DNA from: an uncultured Eubacteriales bacterium | Lineage (GTDB): Bacteria > Bacillota > Clostridia > Christensenellales > Aristaeellaceae | Assembly (NCBI GenBank): GCA_902793605.1 | Contig: CADBEB010000014.1 | Coordinates: 3,265-67,264, forward strand | Length of the DNA stretch: 64,000 bases | Direction: 5' to 3' | Shown: positions 9,269-16,829 of the stretch, piece after piece | Position numbering within the stretch: position 1 is the first letter of the stretch | How the letters are laid out: every line of letters begins with the position of its first letter | Translations under genes and position numbers: made by a program | Notes under the pieces: generated by a model | Told to the model about the DNA's origin: nothing | What the model saw: the letters and a program-made list of their open reading frames with translations, nothing else | Database searches by the model: none

Positions 9269-10207
9269 TCAGCCGTTTCCATCCTTCTCGGTCAAGTCGA
9301 CTGAGGTAATGGACAGGCTGCCGGAGGGAACGAATCCGCGGGCCGTCTGTCCGTCGATCGTGGTCTCGACATAATCCCACGCACCGTCATTGTACATCGT
9401 CGTCAGGTAAACCACCGTCTGTCCGGCAGATACGGTCGTCAGGGTGTTTCCGGTCAGAGCGGGATCATCGGTCACATTCACCGTCTCGAGCACTTCGCAG
9501 CTGCTGCCGTCCCAGACCAGCTGTCCCAGGTTGTCCTGCGCTCCCTTTTTGAACTTCGGGCTCCAGATGTACCCAACACGGTACTGTCCCGCATGGTTGG
9601 CTTCATACAGCATCAGCATCCAGCCGTTCTCCCAGCCCAGGCCATAGACGGCGCCGTTGGTGGAGCAGGTGGCTTTTCCGTTGTTCGCCCGGTAGGCGTC
9701 GATCGACGGCGCCGTAAAAACGGGGAGCTTCTGCTTGGCTGCCAGGTCCACATACTCAAAGCCCCGGGGCTTGTTCACGTTCGCAGCCGGCGGCTTTGGC
9801 ATGCCGATTCCGCCTTTGTTCGTCACGCCCTGGTCGCGCATATCCCTGCGTACCGCTTTGATCAGGTCAACATTCCGGTTCTCGATCGTTGAGCACTGGC
9901 TGTAGGCCTCGTGATGGTTGCTGGAGCTCTCGCTCTCGTTCGCGTGATACCATGGCATCTGATTGAACCAGTTGTAGCATCTGCTTCCGGTTTCAAACTT
10001 GTAGCCGTGCCGTGCGTAGATCTCGTTGAACGCGTACAGCAGCGTATCGTATCTGTATTCCCAGAGCTCGTCGTAGGTCAGCGCCCTGGTATCGCTGTCC
10101 GGGATGATATAGAGTGAGTCCGCGGCAGCAAATACCGGAACCAGCAGGCTGCCCAGCAGGACTGCCGACAGAAGGATGGCTGTGATGATCGTTTTTCGGG
10201 TTTTCAT
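9269..10207 (-). CDS. YARHG domain plus SH3-like domain secreted protein
   Basis: Start re-set to ATG 10207 (AAGGAGGAGATTTTC upstream), giving MKTRKTIITAILLSAVLLGSLLVPVFAAA. Literal YARHGYKF motif. C-terminal SH3-like GQTVVYLTTMYNDGAWDYVETTIDGQTARGFVPSGSL. Confidence 0.8.
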   Translation of the reverse strand: MKTRKTIITAILLSAVLLGSLLVPVFAAADSLYIIPDSDTRALTYDELWEYRYDTLLYAFNEIYARHGYKFETGSRCYNWFNQMPWYHANESESSSNHHEAYSQCSTIENRNVDLIKAVRRDMRDQGVTNKGGIGMPKPPAANVNKPRGFEYVDLAAKQKLPVFTAPSIDAYRANNGKATCSTNGAVYGLGWENGWMLMLYEANHAGQYRVGYIWSPKFKKGAQDNLGQLVWDGSSCEVLETVNVTDDPALTGNTLTTVSAGQTVVYLTTMYNDGAWDYVETTIDGQTARGFVPSGSLSITSVDLTEKDGNG

Positions 10208-10245
10208 GAAAATCTCCTCCTTGTAAATAATGTATGATGAATCCG

Positions 10246-11673
10246 TCACCTGACAGATTGCTTTACCGTATCAAGAAGCGCCCCGTAGAGGATCTTCCCG
10301 GCCTCATTGGTCGGGAACTCATCAATGACCTCGACCCTGAACGAGGGACGGACAACGCTGATCTTCTGCCGGATATAATCCTCAACGGCTTTTTTGTCCC
10401 CTTCGCTCAGGACGAAAATGACCAGAAGATCATCCACACCGGAACTCACGCACCGGACGTTAATCCCGTTCATGATCCTTTCATCGATCTCGTCGAGGCT
10501 GATCCGGTGGCCGAACATCTTGATCACCCGCTTCAGGCGCCCGATGATATACAGGAAGCCCTCCTCATCCCTTTCGGCGATATCGCCGGTCCGGAGCTCC
10601 CCGTGCCAGTCGTCTCCACGGCTGAGATCTTCACCGCTGGCAGCATACCCCAGGGCGACGTTTTTTCCGCGATAAACCAGTTCTCCCTGAACATGCTTCC
10701 CCTCGACAGGGTTTCCTTCGGCATCGATCAGTCTGATCTCCCCGTCCGGAACGGCGATCCCGACTGATCCCGGCTTCTCCAATGCTTTTTCAGCAGGCAG
10801 GTACGTGATGGCAGCCGTCGCCTCGCTCTGCCCGTACATAATGATGAAACGCTTGCCGTAATCCGCGGCATACTGTGCGAAATACCGCTGCAGGTTCGGG
10901 CTCAGTTTGGATCCGGCTTCGGTCATCAGCTTCAGATCGGGGAAATCGTCACAGAAGAAATCCATCTTATACAACATATCATAGGTTGTGGAAACGCCGT
11001 GAAAAGCCGTCACATGCTCGTTTTCAAACAGGTCCCAGAAATCCTCGTCCATGACCCCCGCCCGCGTGACGATCATCTTCGCGCCTTTCATCAGGTTGGC
11101 ACCGAAAATGGAAAGCCCGTAGGTATAGTTCAGCGGCAGCGCGGTGATGGTGCGATCTTTGTCCGTTATGTCCAGGTAATCCCCGAGCAGCTGTGCGTTA
11201 ACCCGTACATTCTCCCGGGACTGCCGGACAAATCTGACCGAGCCGGTGGAACCGGAGGTCGTCAGCAGCTGGCCGAGTCCCGGGTGCACCGTCCATGGCT
11301 CCGAATAGTTGGTTCGGAGCAGCACGTAGCTGTCAACCGTCCGGATCTCCGCCATGTTCGGATACTCGCCGCGCAGCGCGCGGGGAGCAAAGATCATCCC
11401 GGGACGGTAGGTATTCATGATCTCCCGGCGCATATCCCCGGGCATGCCCGCCGATGCCATCAGCATCGGATGTCCGCTGTTCAGCAGCGCGGCATATCCC
11501 GACAACGCGCCGATGCTGTTCTCGCACATCATCATCGTCAGTTCCCCGGGGCAGATCCCAAATAGCTGATCCTGAAGCGCTTCCAGTTCGTCGTAGCGTA
11601 TGGTAACGCCTGTATCGTCGATGAGCGCGGTGTTCCTGCCGAAGGCACTGAAATCCCAGACCCTGTCCATCAT
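10246..11673 (-). CDS. stand-alone adenylate-forming enzyme (DltA/NRPS A-domain-like AMP-ligase)
   Basis: Core motifs LLTTSGSTGSVRFV (A3), YGQSEATAAITY (A5), GELVYRGKNVALGY (A6), RTGDIAERDEEGFLYIIGRLKRVIKMFGHRISLDEIDE (A7/A8), PTNEAGKILY (A10). ATGA overlap with the upstream gene. Confidence 0.85.
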   Translation of the reverse strand: MMDRVWDFSAFGRNTALIDDTGVTIRYDELEALQDQLFGICPGELTMMMCENSIGALSGYAALLNSGHPMLMASAGMPGDMRREIMNTYRPGMIFAPRALRGEYPNMAEIRTVDSYVLLRTNYSEPWTVHPGLGQLLTTSGSTGSVRFVRQSRENVRVNAQLLGDYLDITDKDRTITALPLNYTYGLSIFGANLMKGAKMIVTRAGVMDEDFWDLFENEHVTAFHGVSTTYDMLYKMDFFCDDFPDLKLMTEAGSKLSPNLQRYFAQYAADYGKRFIIMYGQSEATAAITYLPAEKALEKPGSVGIAVPDGEIRLIDAEGNPVEGKHVQGELVYRGKNVALGYAASGEDLSRGDDWHGELRTGDIAERDEEGFLYIIGRLKRVIKMFGHRISLDEIDERIMNGINVRCVSSGVDDLLVIFVLSEGDKKAVEDYIRQKISVVRPSFRVEVIDEFPTNEAGKILYGALLDTVKQSVR

Positions 11674-12608
11674 CCGTTCCCTCCGTCTGCCTGTTCCAGC
11701 TTGCTTTTGATCAGGACAAGGCCGTCGTTGTAGGATTTCAGCCGCATCGCTTCGCGTCCCCGGATCGAGACGCTGAAGGCCTCCTCCAGCCGGCTGATCA
11801 GCGCCATATGCGCCACAGAATCCCAGCCGATATCGTGGTACCGGAAAGCGACCGGATTGAAGTCAATCCCTTCAAAGCAGGCGCTGAACACATCCCAGTA
11901 CCGTTCCGCGATACTCTTCGGCTGCGCTTCTTCTTTCTTTTCCGACGACTCAAGCGCCTTGCTCGGCGCGAAAACATCATTCTGCACACCTTCGCCGGAG
12001 ATCCGTGCCGGGTTGCCGATCACCGTAACACTGTCCGGCACATCCCCAAACACAGCGGCGCCCAGCGCCACAACGCTGAAAGAACCGATTTGAATACGAT
12101 CTTTCAGCAGCGCACCGGCACCGATGAACGCATTCTCCCCGATCACGGTATGCCCGCCGACAAAGGCGTTGACACCCAGCCGGGTATGGTCGCCCACGAC
12201 CGCGTCATGTCCGACGCAGGCATTCAGTGAAAGATAGCAGTTCCTGCCGACTTTGGCACGCGAGCCGACAAACACTCCCTGGCAGACAGCCGTCCCTTCC
12301 CCCACTTCGGCGTCGGGACTGATCTGCGCGGAGCTGTGCACAAGCCGGCCGCCGGTGTACCCCGCCCGGGTCATCCGTTCAAACGCCTCCAGCCTGAACT
12401 TCGGCTCCCCGATAGCGATAACAAAGCGTACCCCGTCCGGCCTGAACTGCGCCCGGAAATCCTGAAACGAATAGACCGGACAGCCGGCAAGTTCCTTCGT
12501 TTTCGCATGGTCGTCGATGAAGACGATCCCGGACCACTCACCGCTTTCCTCCGCGATCATTCTGAATTCGCGGCCGATCGCCCCCGCGCCGAATAAAGCA
12601 AGGATCAT
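11670..12608 (-). CDS. NeuD/PglD-like left-handed beta-helix acyltransferase fused to a C-terminal carrier-protein (ACP/PCP-like) domain
   Basis: GGAGGAAAG RBS. N-terminal Rossmann-like MILALFGAGAIGREF, then hexapeptide repeats (VGRNCYLSLNACVGHDAVVGDHTRLGVNAFVGGHTVIGENAFIGAGAL). An acidic linker leads into HDIGWDSVAHMALISRLEEAF, which carries a phosphopantetheine-type DS motif (about 11670-11915). Confidence 0.8.
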   Translation of the reverse strand: MILALFGAGAIGREFRMIAEESGEWSGIVFIDDHAKTKELAGCPVYSFQDFRAQFRPDGVRFVIAIGEPKFRLEAFERMTRAGYTGGRLVHSSAQISPDAEVGEGTAVCQGVFVGSRAKVGRNCYLSLNACVGHDAVVGDHTRLGVNAFVGGHTVIGENAFIGAGALLKDRIQIGSFSVVALGAAVFGDVPDSVTVIGNPARISGEGVQNDVFAPSKALESSEKKEEAQPKSIAERYWDVFSACFEGIDFNPVAFRYHDIGWDSVAHMALISRLEEAFSVSIRGREAMRLKSYNDGLVLIKSKLEQADGGNG

Positions 12609-12648
12609 GTCTTTCCTCCGTTCTGCTGTGTGTTTTGATCCATCTGGA

Positions 12649-13455
12649 TCATTTTGTTTCCAGCGATTCTCCCCAGGCTGCTTCGATTTCTTTCCTTACA
12701 ATGCTCATCTGTCCGCGTTCCTTCGCGCTGTACAGCGGTTTTCCGTCCGCATCGCGTCCGGTGATCAGCCGGCTGAGGCATCCCTGTTCCCGGACGATCT
12801 TCCTGCTCTCCGGATAAACCAGTTCGAACGCCATGCAGCAGTGGGAGATACACACGTCGAAGCGGGTCTTCCGGAGGTCTCTCGGAACACAGCGATGCTG
12901 AAGTACACACTCCATCACCGCGTCACCGGCCCCCTCCGTTTCCTGCAGCAGTCCCTTGCTCGTTCCGGCTCGTTCTTCAAAGGAGAGCTCCGTCACAACG
13001 CGGAAGATGTCCGCCTTGTCCGCGTCCCGGATCAGGTCGCAGAAGCGCCGTGTTTCTTCGTCCTGATCCCCGGGCAGGGTGAGCTTGTTGTGCAGCCGGA
13101 TGGCCGTTTCCAGGAGCGCCAACCGGTCCGGTGAGAGCCCCTGAGCGGGGAATTCATGAATCAGGCCGTCTTTGAACAACAGATCCGCGCCGAATTCCGC
13201 GTGGTCCACCGAAACGGAATCGACGAACGTTCCGTACCGGCGGACCTGCTCAAAGCGCCCGATGTCGTGAAGCAGGCCCAGGAACCAGGCAAAGGCTGCG
13301 TCGTCGTCATCCACGCGCAGGCTCACCGCGATCCGCTCGCAGTTTCCTGCAACCCGCAGGGTATGCTCGATCTTGTGCCGGATCATGGAATTGTCCGGAT
13401 CATAATGGGATGTGTAGGCATAAAAGGCTGCCTCGGCTTGCCTCCTGTCGATCAT
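12649..13455 (-). CDS. HD-domain phosphohydrolase family protein
   Basis: H...HD signature (IEHTLRV...LLHDIGRFEQ...DHAEFG...RDADKADI). ATGA overlap with the ABC gene stop. Confidence 0.8.
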   Translation of the reverse strand: MIDRRQAEAAFYAYTSHYDPDNSMIRHKIEHTLRVAGNCERIAVSLRVDDDDAAFAWFLGLLHDIGRFEQVRRYGTFVDSVSVDHAEFGADLLFKDGLIHEFPAQGLSPDRLALLETAIRLHNKLTLPGDQDEETRRFCDLIRDADKADIFRVVTELSFEERAGTSKGLLQETEGAGDAVMECVLQHRCVPRDLRKTRFDVCISHCCMAFELVYPESRKIVREQGCLSRLITGRDADGKPLYSAKERGQMSIVRKEIEAAWGESLETK

Positions 13456-15593
13456 TCGATATCCTCCCCTTCCATATCACGGATGGCCTGCTCAAAGTCT
13501 TCATACCGCATAAGCTTTCCCTGTTCGATCCTGCATATGGTCTCCGCGCGGCGCAGCGTGTTGATCCGGTGGGCCACCATGATGACTGTGCAGCTGCCCA
13601 TCATCGCGTCAATGGCCTCCTGTACCTGCTGTTCGCTGACAGTATCCAGGGCGCTGGTGGCTTCATCCAGCAGGATGATCTTCGGTTTCCGGAGAAGCGC
13701 CCGCGCTATGGAGATCCGCTGCCGCTGTCCGCCGGAAAGGTTTTTGCCGTTCTCAAGAATCGGGGTGTTCAGTCCCTCCGGCAGCGACTCGACGAGATCC
13801 TCCAGTCCGACCCGGCGGATGACGTCCATGACGGTTTCGGTACTGATATACTGCAGCCCGTAAACCAGGTTATCCCACAGCGTACCGGAAAACAGCACCG
13901 TCTGCTGCGGCACCACCGCGATATTCCGGCGGTAAGCCGTCTTTTCCAGCGTGTCCAGGTTGATCCCGTCGATGAGGATCTCCCCCTGCTGGATATTATA
14001 CATCCCCAGGATCAGGTTCAGGATCGTCGTTTTCCCTTCTCCGGATTTCCCGACAAAAGCAATGCTTCCCCCGGCCGGCACGCGGAAACTGATCCCCTTC
14101 AGGACGGGGTCCTGATCCGCCTCATAGCCGAAGGTCACCTGCCTGAACTCGATCTCGCCCTGTACAGGGGAGGGCAGCAGTACGGTTCCGTTCTTTTCCA
14201 GATCCCCCGCGTACAGGATTTCGTTCACGCTCTTCAGGCTGTCATATCCCTGGGTGATCATCGGCACCGAATCCAGCATCCGCTGCACATTGCTGATGAT
14301 CATCTCAAAGATGGACTGAAACAGCACCAGCGTACCGACTTCAATATGTCCGGTCGCCGTCAGCAGGGCGGCAAAACTGAGGGAAAGCAGGCGAAGCCCC
14401 TGGAAAACCCCGTAGGTAACGTTGTTGACGCTCACAGTCTGCCGGTCGTAAAGCACCGCCGCCCGCTGCGCGCTGCGAACCTTCGCAAGGATGCTCCTGT
14501 ATTCTGTTTTCGCCAGGCCGTGGGCTCGGTTCAGGCCCTCCATTTCCAGCATTTCCTTGACGGCGGCGCTGACCTGCTCATTCTGCTTGCGCATGCCGGC
14601 CCGCCTGTCCTGCATGGGGCCCGTGAAACGGCGCAGCAGGAAGATCACCGCGGGGATGATCGCGGCATAGAAAGCCAGCATCAGCGGGAATTTCATCAGC
14701 GCGACCACGATGATGAACACGACATCCTCGCTCAGGTACAGGACCTCCATAAACCGGTCGTAGATCAGCATCTGAATGAACTGGACGTCGGAAACCAGTT
14801 TGGAAAGCACCACGCCGCTCTGCGTCCCGCTGTGGAAGCGCATCGAAAGCACCTGCAGCTTCTGGACAAGCGCCATCCGGAAGCCGGCTTCCACAGCCCT
14901 GGTGAACCGGCGGTAATACCGGCTGTCCAGCCAGTAGCAGATCAGGTTGACGGACAGCGATACCAGCGCCATCAGGATATTCAGGTATACAGGCCCGGTG
15001 AAGAAGGCGCCGGTCTCCGTCACGATGTTGATAATATTGGAAACGAAGACGGGCAGCATCAGGGCGCCCAGGTGTTTCAGCAGATGGATAAAAACCGAAA
15101 GCGCAAAGAAGCCCTGATGCCTGCGCGCAATGTATCGCAGCACGTCCGTCGGCTGATGCGGTGCTGCAGGATCAGCGTTCCGGTAGTACCCATAGATCTC
15201 TTCGGTCAGATCAAATGTGTTGCTTTTTCCGCCATATATGCTGTACAGATTGATACCGTTCACATACCGGTAGTTGTAATGATCAGTGTATTGTTCCAGC
15301 AGGCAATCGTTGATCTGCCTGCCAGTGTCGTTCTTTTCCGCTTCCGGCTTCGCGGGGATTTCATCCGCCCGTTTCCCCCGGGCCCGGATTTCGATGTGTT
15401 TGAATAACAGGCCTTTTATGGATACGCTGATTTCAGGGCACCCAGTATTCAACAGCCGAAGCAGCAGTTCCTCACAGATCAGCGGGCAGGCCGGCGTTCC
15501 CGGATCGCCGGGGAACGACGCGGCAAACTGTTCAGCCAGTTCCACCGCCGCCGGGATCTCCGATATTCTGGTCACCCTGACCCGAATGCCCAT
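13452..15593 (-). CDS. ABC exporter (TMD-NBD fusion) with an extra N-terminal cytoplasmic domain of about 165 aa
   Basis: Start re-set to ATG 15593 (GGAGG about 7 nt upstream). The track ORF runs to 16388 and overlaps a real + strand gene. Six-TM type-1 exporter core, Walker A GKSGEGKTT, signature LSGGQRQRISIARAL, Walker B ILLDEATSALD. Confidence 0.85.
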   Translation of the reverse strand: MGIRVRVTRISEIPAAVELAEQFAASFPGDPGTPACPLICEELLLRLLNTGCPEISVSIKGLLFKHIEIRARGKRADEIPAKPEAEKNDTGRQINDCLLEQYTDHYNYRYVNGINLYSIYGGKSNTFDLTEEIYGYYRNADPAAPHQPTDVLRYIARRHQGFFALSVFIHLLKHLGALMLPVFVSNIINIVTETGAFFTGPVYLNILMALVSLSVNLICYWLDSRYYRRFTRAVEAGFRMALVQKLQVLSMRFHSGTQSGVVLSKLVSDVQFIQMLIYDRFMEVLYLSEDVVFIIVVALMKFPLMLAFYAAIIPAVIFLLRRFTGPMQDRRAGMRKQNEQVSAAVKEMLEMEGLNRAHGLAKTEYRSILAKVRSAQRAAVLYDRQTVSVNNVTYGVFQGLRLLSLSFAALLTATGHIEVGTLVLFQSIFEMIISNVQRMLDSVPMITQGYDSLKSVNEILYAGDLEKNGTVLLPSPVQGEIEFRQVTFGYEADQDPVLKGISFRVPAGGSIAFVGKSGEGKTTILNLILGMYNIQQGEILIDGINLDTLEKTAYRRNIAVVPQQTVLFSGTLWDNLVYGLQYISTETVMDVIRRVGLEDLVESLPEGLNTPILENGKNLSGGQRQRISIARALLRKPKIILLDEATSALDTVSEQQVQEAIDAMMGSCTVIMVAHRINTLRRAETICRIEQGKLMRYEDFEQAIRDMEGEDIE

Positions 15594-15881
15594 CCTGATG
15601 CCTCCGTTTGTAAACAAGTCTGTCACATCTGTTAGTTTACCATATTCATTGGCTATTTCAACAGGACATTCATCCGGAAAAGGCCAGTGCAGCCGCTGCC
15701 GGATCCCGTTGACGATGACGAAAAAACAGGATTTGACGTAAAAGTATTGCTTTTCTGCTTCATTCAGATATGGTATGATGTGTTCAAAGCAAGAGAACAG
15801 GCGGCGACCGGAAAGCAGGAACGCTTTCACATTCGTTTCGATTACTGACAGATACTCATCGGGAAAGAAGGCGATTGCATA

Positions 15882-16829
15882 ATGAAGCGCATACTGGCCG
15901 GGTGGCTGGCCGTAATGCTCCTTTTTGCGGCGGGCATCACGCTGGCAGAAAACCCGGGAGAAGAGAACACCGTCAGCATTGAAGAATCCCTGGTTTCCGG
16001 GGAAGGCATGGATCCGGGCTCCACGGAGCAGAACGTCCGTATGATCCAGGGGCTGCTGAAGAATGAGGACATCCGGGAGATCCTGAAAAACCCGGAAGTG
16101 AAGTCCGTCCTTTCGGATGTTATAAGCAAGATCCTGGTCTGGATGGTCCGGAACAGGGAAGTCACCATGAAGATCCTCACCGAGATGGGCGTCAGTGAGG
16201 CTGACCGGAAAAGTGTCGAAAAGATCTGGGACAGCCTCGAGCGCATCAATGCCTCCAATCAGGAATACCTGGAAACCGATGACGGCAAACAGCTTGCGGC
16301 TGAATATGCCGCCGTTAAAAGCGATCCGGATATTATCGAAGCCGTAAAGGACTTCAGAATGCTGTCCTCCTCCGAGGACCTGGAACATCTGCTGAAGGTG
16401 CTTGGTGAGGCGGTGGCAGCCGACAAATCAAACGATGAAATGGAAAACGGCAGGCTGACCCAAGCCGTCATGAGCAGGGAGATTGACAATAAGACCTTTG
16501 TCGGCAACATCATCCTTAAGATCATGCATGTTCTGGATCAGAGCCCCTGGGTGCAGAAATCAGCTCCGAAACTGGCGAATAACGAAAACCTCATGAAATT
16601 CCTGAACCACCTGGCCAAGGGATCTCCGGAACAGGATAAGCTGATCCGGACCGAGCTGCAGCTGATCCTGGGCGACCGGGAGGTCAACCACTTTATCCAG
16701 AAAGTCCTCCGGGATGGCCATGCGCTGTTCAAAGCCCTGGACAATCCATCTGAACCGGCTCCGGAACCGGAAAACAAAGGACAGGAAAACCCGGAACACG
16801 ATAATATCGTTGAGGAGGCTGCCCCATGA
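15882..16829 (+). CDS. secreted hypothetical protein, helical and acidic, no recognised family
   Basis: Signal peptide MKRILAGWLAVMLLFAAGITLA. Protein-like composition. Its stop overlaps the ATG of the next gene (ATGA at 16826). Confidence 0.7.
   Translation: MKRILAGWLAVMLLFAAGITLAENPGEENTVSIEESLVSGEGMDPGSTEQNVRMIQGLLKNEDIREILKNPEVKSVLSDVISKILVWMVRNREVTMKILTEMGVSEADRKSVEKIWDSLERINASNQEYLETDDGKQLAAEYAAVKSDPDIIEAVKDFRMLSSSEDLEHLLKVLGEAVAADKSNDEMENGRLTQAVMSREIDNKTFVGNIILKIMHVLDQSPWVQKSAPKLANNENLMKFLNHLAKGSPEQDKLIRTELQLILGDREVNHFIQKVLRDGHALFKALDNPSEPAPEPENKGQENPEHDNIVEEAAP

Noticed and set aside
13410-15407. 665-aa + strand ORF
   Set aside because: Antisense shadow of the ABC exporter gene.
13452-15593. 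C39 peptidase (PCAT) domain in this exporter or in 43947..47611, as processor of the GG-leader peptide
   Set aside because: The N-terminal extension lacks the Q...C(G)...H/D arrangement expected for C39 domains. The other two exporters have no N-terminal extension at all. This was judged by eye only.
15594-16388. N-terminal 265 codons of the 978-aa track ORF 13452..16388
   Set aside because: This part overlaps the well-supported + strand signal-peptide gene 15882..16829 and the divergent promoter gap. The first internal ATG (15593) has a GGAGG RBS and begins protein-like sequence.
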